A DNA stretch of 64,000 nt from Amoebidium appalachense (GCA_963693365.1 CAVNZM010000004.1:14072524-14136523), one strand, 5' to 3'; numbered from the stretch's first letter, positions 38,693 to 53,060 are shown. Translations and numbers: made by a program. The notes: generated by a model from the sequence alone, not told the origin.

Positions 38693-39648
38693 CGCGCCAC
38701 CACGTGTGGTGTGCCTCGAGTGTGAATGTGTGTATCAAACCATGCCAGCGTGTGTGTGTGCATGCACAGGTGCACGTGTGTGTGTGCACGTGCATCAGGC
38801 CACCCACGTGTGCCACGGCCTTTTCGATGTTAGCCTTTGGCAGGGCCGCACTTCTAGCCTTTTCCAGCACCGTCTGCACCCTGCTGTCGCCTAGATCCCC
38901 GTTGCATTCTGTCCTCCCCAAACACAGGCCGTCAAATTCCAACCCACCCAACCACCCTTACGTACCCCCCTCCTTTCCCCCCCCTCGCCCCCCCCCCCCC
39001 CCCCCAAAATGCCCATCGCCACAGGACCATCCCCCCCCCCCCCCCCCCCCAGGGCCGGGGGATCCATTCGGCCCGGCCCCCAATCCACTTCGTCCATCTC
39101 TTTGCATTCGTGATACTCCATAAGCACTTCCATTTGAGTTCCCCCCCCACCTCCATCCCTCCTACCAGATACATATTCATGATGAACACAATGCAGAGTG
39201 CACCAACACACTGTCACATATAATAAGTAAGCATTATAAGCAGACCTTGTCATCCGGGGAGGGGAGGGGGGGGGGGGGGTGGGGGGGGGGGGGTGGGGGG
39301 GGACAAATTTCGTCTTGCTACAAAAATCAGAGTGGCCCTCATCGAGCTTGATTCCATTCCTAGATGCTTCTACCCCCACTCAAGATTGTGTATCTGCTTG
39401 TTTGTGTGCGGTTGGAGTTGTACGTGCCTGTGATCCACAGAATGGTGTGCTAGAGTGTGCGTGTGTAAATGTAGTTTTGTTTTCACTGGGTGGGGTGGGA
39501 AAGGGGGGGGGGGGGGGGGGGGACCTTTTACAACGGTAGCAATTTCCATGTGAAGTTTGCTCCAAAGCTTTGCTCGGTTGGCATCATTTGCTCCCTTTGC
39601 ACGCTTGATTTGTGACCTGTGTGTGTGTGTGTGTGCGCGCGCGAGTAT

Positions 39649-39705
<57 letters not shown>

Positions 39706-40098
39706 CGCGCGCGCGCGCGAGTATACGTGTGTGTGCGTTGGCATGGGTGTGCGTGCGTGCATGTGTGTATATTTGTTGAGTTACATGACTGGATATCATA
39801 CACGGGTTTCAATTGCATGAATCAGGTTTGGGGGGGGGGGGGGGGGGGGGGGGGGGAGGGGGGGAAGAGGGGAGGTGGACAGGCGGCCACATAGAAAGAC
39901 TTGTCCATAAAATGGTAATCTTATTTGTGTCTTTAGCGCACCACACTAGATGTCCCCTTAAAAAAGAAAAAGGGAGACCATCCCCCCCCCCCCCCCTTCA
40001 TTAGACCTCCCAGCCCACCTCGAATATAAGACCTGTCAACTAACTATCATTCATAAACCCACTCAAAGGTTCCGTTGATCGACAGCATCTTCGACCAT

Positions 40099-40143
<45 letters not shown>

Positions 40144-40414
40144 ACACGCACCTAAAAAGACAGACACGCACACACAGACACAAAAACCTCCCCTCAACCT
40201 CCCCGAAAAAACCATCAACACAAAAACAGAAAAAAATGCTCACCATCCCTCCCTCTCATCAACCCCCCTTCCCCCTCCCCCCCCCCTCCCCCCCCCCCCC
40301 CCCCGCGCCCCCCGGCCCCTCATCTGCCCCTTCAGCCCACCCCCACCCACCCACCCACCCACCCACCCACCCACACACACGTGCGCGTCCCTCCCCCCCC
40401 CCCCCCCCCTCCCC

Positions 40415-40445
<31 letters not shown>

Positions 40446-40559
40446 AAAAAAAACACACAGAAAAAATGCTCATTCTCCCTTTCGTCTATTCACACACTCC
40501 CTCCAACCCCTCCCAACCCCCCCCCCCCCCCCCGGGGTTTCCCAACCCCGACCCATCTT

Positions 40560-40594
<35 letters not shown>

Positions 40595-41907
40595 ACGAAA
40601 AAAAAAAAAAAAAAAAAAAAAAAAAACGCCTTTTCCAATACTCTGCAACGGTTCCGTCTTCTGCCCCGCAAGAAAGGAAACACTGCCTTCCTTCAACGCT
40701 CCCCCACCCCCCACCCCCCACCCCCTTCCCCTCGGCCCCCAATCCACCCACCCACCCACCCCTGCCCCCCCCCCCCCAAAAAAAAACAAAAAAACTCGGC
40801 CTTCCCTCCTTCTCTCCATGCCTCACCCCTCCTTCCTCACAGGAAAGAAAAATCTCCTTTCCTCTTAACCCCCCCCCCCCCCCCCAAACACACACATACA
40901 CCACGGCCTCCCCCCCCCCCCCCCCCCATCAAAAGTTGCCTTTCCAACATTCCCTCCGAACCCTCCCCCCCTCAGCAACCCGCCTTCTACCACAAACGAA
41001 ACTACCTTCCTCCACCACTCCACCCTCGTTACTATCACGCACCATTTGTTGTGGCCGGCCATACCCCTCACTGCCACCAGTGCACCAAACTGCGGCCCTC
41101 GGCTGCCTGCAAGTGCACCACCCTGTGTGTGGGGGGGGGGGTGGGGGGGGACGGGGGGGGGGTTTTGGAGTATTTCCGAAGTTCCTGATAGGAAGGGATA
41201 GACTGTTTGCAGGGGGGGAGGGGGGGGGGGGGAGATATTGGTGTGTTGGAAGTGCAGTGGCAAGGAAGACACAACAGCAGCGAGAGAGTAAGGGGCGATG
41301 GGCAGTGGGCTGGGCTGGGCTACGCTAATGGATAGTGGGGGGGTATATCGATCAGCAGCTGGGAGCAAGACCAAGCAGGGGGTGATGGGACCTGCACCTG
41401 TCTGTAAGGTGCTGGCAAAGAGCCCGTGTGAAGGCACGAAGTGAGTGGCGGAAGGTGCAGAAAGGTGTGTTGCGCATGTGCCTAGAGGGGGAGGGAGAAA
41501 GAGGGGCAGAGCGAGAAGAGGAGAGGGGAGAGAGGGAGCGATCGAGCACGCGAGTGAGGGAGTGAGGAAGCGAGCACGCGCGTTGAGGGCCCCGGGAGGA
41601 AGGGAGAGAGGAAGGAGGGGAGGTAGGAAGGAGAAGGGAAATTGAAAAGAGGAAGGGAGAGAGGAAGGAGGGGAGGTAGGAAGGAGAAGGGAAATTGAAA
41701 AGAGGAAGGGAGGAAAGGAAGAAGGGAGGGAACTTAAACAAGCGTGAGGGTTGGACCTGCACCATGCACCATACGGTCACATTTGATGCACAGAGAGAGG
41801 CTTCTTGGGAGCGCTCAGAGCCTGAGTATGGGGGCGCTGGGAGAGCCCAGGTGACGAGATGTGTGCATGCGTTTAAAAGTTTGGGCGAGACGGGCACAGT
41901 ATTAGGC

Positions 41908-41938
<31 letters not shown>

Positions 41939-42144
41939 GCGACTAGGCCAGCGGCTGGACGCGGTGAGGTGTGTGTCGGCATGCCCTAGCGGGGGGGGGG
42001 GGGGGGGGAGAGGGGGGGGGAGAGGGAGGGGGGGGGGGGGGGGGGGGGGGATGGAGGAGGAGGTACCCAGAAGCACGATGGGGCATAGTGTGGTGGGCGT
42101 AGCACGCGCGGCAGGGCCGCTGTTAGAGGCAAAAGCACCCTCAT
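34715..42144 (-). CDS. TACO1: TACO1/YebC/PmpR-family protein, probably mitochondrial; 5' exons uncertain
   Basis: Phase-consistent exons (-): 41122-41043, 39616-39525, 38908-38808, 38272-38194, 37653-37590, 37007-36958, 36328-36297, 35792-35727, 35497-35384, 34807-34715. Motifs [62 protein letters not shown] and [13 protein letters not shown]. Candidate targeting-peptide exon 42144-42067 ([17 protein letters not shown]...). Confidence 0.92.
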
Positions 42145-42938
42145 TCTCGGAGAGTCTGAAAGTAGCGCGCACTCGGCAATGCCTGAAGCAGTGACACCTT
42201 GCAAACTGGCAGAGGGTGGGTGACGCGTGAGGCTCATACATCCCTCGGTAGTGTCAGGCTTCTAGATTCGAGGTTGGACGGCCGGAGCTCCAATATGTAT
42301 CGATCTTGCGCAAGTGGCGAAGGCCACAGGAGCTCCCCTGCAAGTGGCGAGGGCCGCAGGGGCTGACACCCAAAGGCTATGTACCTAACCACGCGGTTTA
42401 CCACCACACCCCAACCCCACACCCTTGCAGCATGGTAACCCTCTACCCCTCAGGTCATATGGTCAGTGGCATAGCTGCTTTGTGGCTGTGGACAGGTAGG
42501 GGGAAGTGGCTGGGCAGTCAGTCGGTGTGGTGGGGGCACACAGGGCTCACCCGACCCACTCGAGGTTTATTCACTCAAGTACAAAAGAAGGCCTACATAA
42601 GTTCGGTCCTACACAAGGGTAAAAATAAAGTGGCGACGTACCAAATTAAATAAGTGCCTACAGCCGCCTTCTAGGTCGTTCTGGATGGGTCTAGTCCAAT
42701 AGCGGCCACAGTCTGGATACATACAAAAGGATTTCATAAGTTGTATTACTGAACGTAGCACAATGCACGTTTGCGCACCGGGCACACCCGTGTGTGTGAT
42801 GCTTGGGTACTTGTATGAGTGTATGTGCACGTGCATGTGTGTATGAGTGTGTGTGTATGTGTGTATGTGTGTATGTGTGTGGCTGTGTATGAGTCTGTGT
42901 GTGTGCTGCTTGCAGAGCACGGCTCTAGCTATCCCTTT

Positions 42939-43748
42939 CTAGCATTCTGGGCTACTTGCATACAACTGGTGGTCGCCGTGTGGCAGACTTCTTGGGCGCT
43001 CGAGCGTCGGTCTTCGTGGTGGGCACGTGCGTATGGCCACGAGGAAGTTATTGCCCCCGTTGTTCTCCCAGTGCGCCCAGCCTGCATCGTGGCAGCAGCA
43101 CACGGCATACTCCACTACTGTCTCCCCCTCAGAGTCCTGGCCCTCCTCCAGCTGGATGGAAAAATAGAACGATTCCCCGCTCTCTTCTCTGAGCACACGT
43201 GTGGTGGCCTCGTCTTTGTGTGTGCGCCACTTGTTCTGTGTGTGTCGGATAAACACGCTGCCGCCCTGCCCCAGGTCACCCTTCCAGCGCACACGCAGGG
43301 TGCCTCTTAGCGTGTATGTGCGCGGGTCAAACGCCAAAGCTGTCGTCTCCAGACGCAAGGCCCCGTGCACGTCAGCTGGTTCGGGTTGTGGACTCACCGT
43401 GTCCGTGTTTTGTGTGATCGCAAAATCGGTGGCAAAGGTGGGCTGGTCCCCATCACCCCCACCTCTACTTGCCCTCCGTGGGGAGGGTGTTTGTGCAAGT
43501 GGCACGCGGAAATTCGTTCGGACTATGCGTGCGTCTCGTGCAGGTTTTTGCGCGCGTGGTGGGCCGGTTAAGAAACCTTCTCGCGGAAGTGAGGTGGAGT
43601 ATATGCGCGAGGTGGGCCCTGTGGGGCTTGTTGAAAACGTGACTTTGGTGGTTTTTTCTATGCTGGTGCCTACGAGCATCATTCGTGTGGTCAGTGCCTC
43701 GTGTGTTAGGTCCGGGTGGGCCACCTGGTGCAAAGTGGCTACGTGCAT
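42939..43748 (-). CDS. CBM21 (glycogen/starch-binding) domain protein, PP1 glycogen-targeting-subunit-like
   Basis: Single ORF with LRGTLRV..VFIRHTQNKW..FYFSIQL..VEYAVCC..HWENNGGNNF (CBM21 WDNNxGxNY-type signature) and an upstream RVxF-like KVTF. Start and end could be extended by splicing. Confidence 0.72.
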   Translation of the reverse strand: MHVATLHQVAHPDLTHEALTTRMMLVGTSIEKTTKVTFSTSPTGPTSRIYSTSLPREGFLTGPPRAQKPARDARIVRTNFRVPLAQTPSPRRASRGGGDGDQPTFATDFAITQNTDTVSPQPEPADVHGALRLETTALAFDPRTYTLRGTLRVRWKGDLGQGGSVFIRHTQNKWRTHKDEATTRVLREESGESFYFSIQLEEGQDSEGETVVEYAVCCCHDAGWAHWENNGGNNFLVAIRTCPPRRPTLERPRSLPHGDHQLYASSPEC

Positions 43749-45126
43749 GGTTGACACTTATGCTATGAACAGGAATATCTACGCCTACTGCGTGTCTCTT
43801 CCAACAACGAGCACCAAACTGACGTGGGCTGTGCATACATACGGCAGTGATGAACACAGGGCCTAATATTTGAACCAACGCCACGTAGCCAAACGCCATA
43901 TGCATGGGCGCATGTCAGCATCTTGCCGCGGGGGGTTGCAACTGCTGGGAACAACTTTTTCGTTGTGATCGAAATGTAATACTATGATTATGTAGCAGAT
44001 AAGGGGATAAAAGCGTATATTTCAGATGTTAAATTTACTTTATGATACTTTAAAACATTTACGCAGAGTTTTTGCACCATTATAACAGCAACTTGATGAG
44101 CATGAAGCTGTTAAAGGATTGTTCATCCTCAAAGTGGGGATCTATAGTAGAGTTTGAGGCAAAGATCAATATTGATTTGATTGGCCAACAAGAGGTGTCT
44201 GGAGAAGTGCGTCAGCCCGTGCCCATTCGTGCCTGTCCTCCCTGTGTGCTGCAGCTTCAGCTGGTGCCTGCCTCTCACGTAGTAGACGTCGCCTGGTACA
44301 AAATTAGGGCTTGCTACATTGAATTCGTGAATTTTGGCGATATATTTTATTCAAGACATTTGTTTCGCCGTTTGTAATAAACAGACTGGACCGTGTTCTG
44401 AGCAGAGAACCGTGACCGCTGGTGCATGCACAGGTGACAGCATGCATGCACAGCATGCACTGGCTTGATGCATCTCCACTGATCTGAGAGAGAGACCAAT
44501 CGGACAGCCAGCTGGGGATACAAAGCCAATCAGAAACCCTTTCGGTCAGATCAATGTCATTCGTCAGCAGCACACAGGAACAAGGGCACTGGTTTATGTA
44601 GTTCAGGTATACTTGCGTGGTATTATTATATGGGCACGTTTTTACTCTGAATGTTTGAACGGTGCAGGCTACATATGAAGATCAGGCATAGCGCATGCAG
44701 AGCACACGCACACCGCCCACACATTGCACACAAGCCTTCCACGGACCACGCCGGATGCCCATTGCCCGGGCGCTCATCGCGATCCACACAACTGGAACGT
44801 GCCGCCTCGGAAGATTCGAAATTCGAGCCCTTGAATCTTGATACCTTCACACGTGAGAGGTCACGCACTCGTTCAACAAGTGTTGTAGTACTTCCCCTGT
44901 CTTCGATATACATATGCATGTATGCCATTTTGTTGAGTTTGGATGCCAAGTTGCCACTTTGCTCGCTCATTGCGGCACTCAGGTGCCTTTGCACTGATTG
45001 GCCGAAACTAAACCCACAGGATGCCTCCTATTGGCTAAAAACGCATCATCCTGCGTTCTCCCTAGAGCAATTCATCATGAGTATTGTGAGCAGTCGAGCA
45101 CGGTCACCTCGGATATTATAAAAGCT

Positions 45127-45199
45127 GCGTCATCCGTAGCTTACATATAGTAGCGGTCTCCGACGCAGGAGACCTCTGGTTCAATTCTCGATGGCGGCA
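45127..45199 (+). pseudogene. tRNA-like relic (tRNA pseudogene or SINE head)
   Basis: 73 nt. 5' gcgtca can pair with 3' tggcggc(a). B-box GGTTCAATTC at 45178-45187. cgcaggagacc resembles the Gly/Asp tRNA variable region. D and anticodon arms are not canonical. Confidence 0.35.
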
Positions 45200-45395
45200 T
45201 ACGACACCTCGAGCCCAGGGCCCCATGACGCACAAGCACATGACGTCACCATATCACTATCTACTGAAAGGACCGGTCCGGGCTACCGTTCTACCATAAC
45301 CCAGCCCAAACATGAATCATTATACACGGACCGAATCCACGTTGATAACCGCCGGCGTCAAGGTCAAAGGCCATGGATGCCTAGATACCAGTGAG

Positions 45396-45961
45396 GGGTT
45401 TACACACTTTTTATTGCGTGGACACTGCCGGAGGCCCAGCCACATTCGACGGCCTACTGCGTTTTCCAGCACAGCCAATCAAATGCAGCCAGTGACATAT
45501 GTACATGCTAGGCAACAATGAGCGCCATCGTAGTAAGGGCAGACTCGTAGCTCTTACTCGGCCCGACTCATTTGGGGAGGTGATCCAGGCCACCTCGGCG
45601 CGGACTAGGTAAACATTCTCCCTAGCGGGGGCACGGGGGATTGAACCTCGAAATCTGTAGTTGTACCACAACCTGCCTAACATTGATAGATAGACTGAAA
45701 AATGGTCAGCGGCCAGTCCCCTGGCGGACCAATAGGTAGTACGCAAAATGTATAAGAAGCCTGTATGGGATGATTTATAAGCATATCTCGGTGTCGCAAA
45801 ATTAGCATGAAATCCCGGCTTCAAATTTAGTATGCTCATATCCCGGATCAAAAATATCAGCATATGATCCCGGAATATCATGTAACCCGTTGGGTGGAGT
45901 GCCTGTTGGCCTTGGTGCCGATCACGACCTCAAGCCTGTATGTCGATAATAAGCAGCACAA

Positions 45962-45999
<38 letters not shown>

Positions 46000-46842
46000 C
46001 CCCTTGCCAACGACGATCACGACCTCAAGCCTGTATGTCGATAATAAGCAGCACAATCCCCCCCCCCCCCCCCCCCCCCCCCCCCGATATTATTAGTGCC
46101 CACCGACATCTTGTAGTTTGTTGCTTGTGAAACTTGTTTTCCAAAGAGATATTCCTACTTTTTTCTTAACGTTTACGTTAGTGTTCCTCGAGCACTCACT
46201 CACACACACACCCTTGTTTTGCAAAACAATTTATGCTCCGTGTCTGTATACGTAGCGAAAAGCACCTGTCACATGTGCACACTCAAACCATACATGACGA
46301 GGGTTTACACACTTTTTATTGCGTGGACACTGTCGGCAATCTTAGTAAATCGTGGGAGATTGAATCCTCCAACCAAAAAAGTTAACCCTAATGAGTCTTT
46401 TCAATGAGTTTTCATGGTGGGGGTAAATAAAGAGCATCGAAACTATTTATCAAACTGCCGGCGACAAGATAGGAGCGGTCGGGGGGGGGGGGGGGGGGTT
46501 ATATGGTGGCGGCATAGGGCACAGTCCAAGGATTCATCATGGGACGTCCTTAGGTCAAACTGTTGCCCTATGAATGTGGCTCTGCCGGCTTCAAGACTGG
46601 CCCCCTCCATCTCGCAAGGGACCGCTCCTGCGGCCACGGCGCTCGGCGGCGGGCACGGCTGGATGGCGGGCAGCAAAGGGTCTTCTTTGAAGCTTTTCCT
46701 ATGAGACCAATATAGCAACTGTCGACATGTCGGTGTGCCTGGCCGGCTACTACTTTCTTTTATAAAAACAATATTCATACATTTTTCTTAGCGTTTACGT
46801 TACGTTATGTGTTCCTCGAGCACTCACTCACTCACACACACA
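45396..46842. repeat. Cluster of short duplications (probable decayed mobile elements)
   Basis: 32-bp identical copies at 45396-45427 and 46301-46332. About 45-bp copies at 45919 and 46014, each followed by poly-C. About 50-bp similar copies at about 46160 and 46782. Confidence 0.7.
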
Positions 46843-48307
46843 CTCTCCCCCCCCCCCCCCCCCCCCACCCACCCACACACGCGTACATGTACATGTACAA
46901 CAACAACAGCACGCAGTGTCATGCACAAGTTTCGCGGTGTGTGTCAGTTCCAACAAATTGCCCCCCTCCCCCCCGGTCATCCTACCGTGTGACGTACCAG
47001 CTTTCCACTTTCTCCACTCCAAACAGAGAGTGACTGACCTTTCTTTGCAGTGTTGGCTGCCGCTCCGCCCAGTAGTAGTGGCCAGGCAGGACACGGGGGG
47101 GTGCCCGTACCCGCCTCTCTGGTTTCTGGCCCCCTTTGCCAAGTTTGGCCAGCCATTGTGGGTTTACACATCGATCAACCGTAATAGACAACCAGCTAGG
47201 CTGGCGGATCACCGATCGCGATACAACCCAGGGGCCGGGGGGGGGAGGGAATCAGGAGATCATGATATCTGCAGATCGGGGGGGGGGGGGGGGGGGGGAG
47301 GACGGGGGAGATCTACTAGCAGGCCTAGCTAGGGGGGGGAGGGGGGGGGGAGGTCGAAGAAGGGTGCGGAAGTCAAGGTGTCACCTGCAGCCTCGAATGC
47401 GCAGTGCCACTGTGTAAATTTGTGTTTGTGTGTGGGGGAGCGAGAGGGAGGGGGTGGGGTGGGGGGGGGGGGGGGGGGGGACCACCTGCTAATATTAGAC
47501 TAAGTGCCTGGTTATTCTTAATAGTTCAGCTCCTAATGGCCGACCTCGCCATAACACCGACATTTGTATGATGCACCTGCACACGTTTTACCATGGTGGA
47601 GATCTTCGCACGTTGGATAATGTGAGTATTGGTAGCATGGTTGCCAATATTATTAATTAATGTGACTTTGCCCCTTGCCCCCCCTGCCCCCCCCCCCTCC
47701 CCCACCCCCCCCCCCCCCCCCCTGCCCCCCCCCCCCCCCCTCCCCTCCCCCACTAATTCGCGAGTCTCCCCCCCGCCTTTTCCCTGCAAGCATCGCCTGC
47801 CCGCCCTATATACCCCCCATGTATAACATAAATTCCTTTCCTCATTCCACCAGCACCACGTGCACCATCACACACATACTGAAACGTTAACCATGTGCAC
47901 ATAGATAGCTCTGTAACAGTAACTGTTAGGATTGCTCTTGCAAATTGCGGATGGCAGCCTGGCAATTGCCACGTTACTCCATCATGATCAGTTGTTAACC
48001 ATCACCCCCTCCCCCCCCTCCCACCCTCCCCCCTCCCCCCTCCTCCCCCCCCCCCCCTCCCCCCCCCCCCCCCCCCAAAAAAAAAGGGGGAGGGAGGGGG
48101 GGGGGTTACCTGCAGATACGAGGTAACCACCGCAACTCAGATAAAAGGGCAAAAAGTTTCGTAATGTGCCACGTTTCAAAACTTAATAAGTGTACAACCG
48201 ATCGTTCTGCCATGTCTGTCACTAGGATGCAATTTTTTGCTTTAATATCTTCTACTGCTGGCTCCCTCATGAGAACCACTGCCTTCGAACCAGACGCAGA
48301 CGGATGA

Positions 48308-48769
<462 letters not shown>

Positions 48770-50641
48770 GCACTCACGTGCCTCTTCCTCATGTTGCATC
48801 GGATTTTGTTTCAATAGTATTGAACATTTTCGCTTTCGCATTTCTTCTTTTTTTTGGGGGGGAGGGGGGGGGGGGGGGGGGGGGGGGGTAAGAATTCATC
48901 GGGGAGTAGGTGGGGCCAGTGGGGATTTAGCACAGAGATGATAGTAAAAGTGAACAGGGCATACATGTGTGATAAACTTTTTTAGTAAAGAAAAGGAGGC
49001 CTCACAGCAAAGCTGGGGATGGGGGGGGGGGGGGGGGGGGGGAAGGGGGTGGGGAGGGGGTGGGGAGGGGGGGGGGGGGGGGGAAGGATGGGAACGTGAG
49101 ATTTAGTGCCCTGCATGGAATAATCTAGCCCAATGGCCAAGGCAGAAAGCACAGAACACGTGCAGCAAACAGCTGCTGATACATGCCTGCACAAGAATAA
49201 CAACGGATTGGCTTGTTGGAAATAAGAGGACGGGGTTGGCCCCCCTCCCTTCCCCCTCCCCCCCCGGGGGGGGGGGGGGGAGGAGGGGGAGAGGCCAAGG
49301 GGAGGGGAACAGGTTGATCGTTTTGGCGTGAGCACCCCCCTGTGTGTCTTTGTGTCACTGAGGCTCCAAAACTTATCCGAAATTTTTGTATTATCCAAGT
49401 GCCTATCTCCAAGATTGGTCGAAAATTCCATGAAAATTGTTTTGCCGAGTTCTATCCAATTGCGAATGGGACCAAGTAACTCAGCTGTTCCGCACTAAAG
49501 GGATGGGGTATGTGTGTGTGTATGTGGGGGGGGGGGGGGGGGGAGGGGAGGGGAGGGGAGGGGGGGGAGGGAGGGGGGGGTGTGGGGGGGGGGGGGGGGG
49601 GGGGGGGGGGGCAAATTTGGAAGAAAACTTAAACGGCCACCAACCCAGAGCCAGGCAATAAGGCAATAGAACATTGTCACTACCCCCTTGATGTTCAGAA
49701 GGTTTCATGATAAACCTACTGCAGCCATTCCCCAACCTCTCCCCGTCCCCTCTTCCCCCTCTCCCTCTCCCTTCCCTTTCCCCCCTCCCCTCTCCCCCCT
49801 CCCCCCCCTCCCCTCCACCCGCTCCTCCCTCCCTCGAGCTCCCCCCCCCCCCCCCCCCCCCCCACCAAACCAACCAACCACACACACACAGTCACACACA
49901 CACACCACCACCACCAGCAGCCACTCAGGGCATGAAGCCCTCATACTGCCATCTTTACCAGGCCATGGCCACGGACTCATCCCCCCAACCCCCTCCCCCC
50001 CCCCACCCCCGCCCCTTCTTCTCTACCCCTGCCACCTTGCCACCCGTGCCTCCCTTTGATAGCAAGCCCTTGCCCATGGGGGGGGGGGGGGGGGGGGGGG
50101 GGGGGGTGCAGGGGGTGGGGGGGGGGGGGGAGGAAGGGCCGCAGGAGAGCCTCCTAGGGAGGAGCGCAGGAGGGGGCTGTCGGGCTAAACCGGGGGGAAC
50201 TGGAGAGGGGGGGAAGGGAGGGACGGGAGGGGGGCGGGGGGGAGGGGGGGCAGTACAAATCCCTCGAGCAGGGGAGTCCCCCTTTATTTTGTGGGAGAGG
50301 GGGCCCCGGGGGAAAGGGGAGAATGGGGGGAAGGGGGGTGGGGGGGGGAGCCTGGGGGACTTCAGTTACTCTTACCCCTCCTACCCCCTGTATACACCCC
50401 CTCCCCCCTTCCCCCCCATCTTTCGAAATCAAAAAGCCCTCTGCTTAGATATGCAAAGAAAAAGGCCAAACCAAAACAACCGTAACCGTGGCCACAACCG
50501 GTACCGCCCGTCACCCCGGTCCCCAGCCTCAACGGCTTTGTGAAATTCTATGGACCCCTCCCTCTCTTCCAATCCTCACACTCACCTACTTGGCACATAC
50601 ATTTTGAAATACATTCGTACGAACTCAGGTCAGTTGATGAA

Positions 50642-50733
<92 letters not shown>

Positions 50734-51114
50734 CCTGAGTTGTGTGTTGGGTGTGTCACTGTGTGCGTGCCAGTGTCTCTTCTGCAGCAAAGTCTAAGTG
50801 TATATACATGTAGGTGTATTCGAATACCACCACACCTACTACGAGCAGTAAGTCACTGTAGTTCAACAGCTGACGTCGACTACGTGGGGGAGAAAAAAAG
50901 TTGTGGAAGGAGGGGAGGGAGGGGAGAGGGGGAGGAGGAAGGGGGGGCCCGGGTTAATATAATAATAACCACCACACCTACTCAGCGGCTGTGCTAAGTT
51001 GAACTGCTGGCCAGGTATGGGAGAACTTGAAGGGGCCCGTGAGTGGCAGCTGGAGGGGGCCCCGGGGGGGGGGGGGGGGGGGGGGGAGAAAGAGAGAGAC
51101 GAAGAGCGAGAGGG

Positions 51115-51449
<335 letters not shown>

Positions 51450-51528
51450 CACCACTTGCAATTGCAGCCTCCGAGGATCATCACGTGCGCCCACTGAGAA
51501 GCTCGGCCTCGGCTCACCCCCACTGCAG

Positions 51529-51570
<42 letters not shown>

Positions 51571-52063
51571 GCCACGTGCACGGCCCCACCCTCAGATCAT
51601 TTGTGGGATCCTAGCATTAATGCACATGTTAGCTCGATCGATCGCGAGCTCTGTCGTGGGAGGACTTTTATCTCAGGTAGGAATCGATCATGATCGAAGC
51701 TTCTACCTAAATTTTAACTTTGAACAATAAGACTCCCACAGCAGCTTTTGTAGCTAACTTCAGATCTATTATTATGCTGCAGCACGTGTGTGACATATAC
51801 ATGTATGTCATATCAAGATACATGGCGTTTGGCATCGACCTGGCAATACACCAGGCATACATATGATAATGCCGTTGCTAACTAAAATAACGCTAACGAG
51901 CCTAAGAGTCTTAGACCCCACACGGCCTATCTAGATCTACCAAATTTAGATCCCTGCGGACGCAGATGGCCCAAGATAGATGGCCCATGACTGCATGAGG
52001 GAAGGAAACAGATATCTGCCGCGTTGGGATCCGCAATCATTGCTGGTTGGCAAAGTGCAAGCT

Positions 52064-52181
52064 AAGAAGGCACAGTCAGCGATAAAAGACTCATGATTCA
52101 CACTTCCAAATCCCATCTTATAGTCAAGAAGGTACAGTCAGCTGTTAAAAGACACATATTCACACTTCCAAATCCCATCTT
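52064..52181. repeat. About 62-bp tandem duplication
   Basis: aagaagg(c/t)acagtcagc...attcacacttccaaatcccatctt occurs twice. Confidence 0.8.
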
Positions 52182-53009
52182 TTAATCAATGAACACTTAA
52201 AGGCCCAGAAAAACTCACCATCCAGCCCCATAACACTATTAGTTTGTGATACAAAAATAATTGTATATTTAATTTTAATTGACATTTGGTGAACAAGATG
52301 GGACTCTTACTTATAAACGAGGTTGTCGACTCAGTCAAATCCACGTGCGATTCCTCCACTAATCAGCGCCTTCCCTGGCACCTTCAAGATCCAGGGACCA
52401 TTAGATCTAATGGACTTTGCCAACTTTGGACGACCAAGCGGCCAATCAGCTGAATGACAAGACAGATGACAGCAGCTAGGTACAGCACACTTTTCGAGTC
52501 GATTTGTAGATCTAATATTAGCCTCGTTCATCTGCACTGTCTGCAGCCCTCGCAGCCTCTTCCCTTAGCTATGTACATGCAGGAAGGACTCCCAGTGCCT
52601 TTATTTTCTTTCTGGATAGTATATAGTATAAACGCCAAAGGCACGGATGAAATGCATATGGCCTGTGTCCGTCCAATGCAAAATGCATGCAACAGCCATT
52701 TTTGCTTCACACAACGAGACCATCTTTAGTTAGAGTGAAACTTCCGTGAATGCATGCCCCGTTTCTCTCCCAGTTGTGACACACACACTCTCCCGAAGCT
52801 CCCCGCGGGGGCGATGATACATCAGCAGCGGCAGTGCCGCATGATAGTCAGGGCTCTATGTGCTATACCGCGGCTGGCCATCTGCACTGCTACCGCTGGC
52901 TTAGGGCCTTATCTTTCACTATTACTGTGTTTTTTGTCAGCTTCGCATAGTGACCAAAGAATTTAATAATTGTCACATCATAATATCAATTATAACACTT
53001 TTGTGTCAA

Positions 53010-53060
<51 letters not shown>

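Noticed and set aside
44626-45881. 122-156 aa ORFs in the gene-free interval
   Set aside because: No recognisable family or splice support, and they overlap repeat and tRNA-like fragments.
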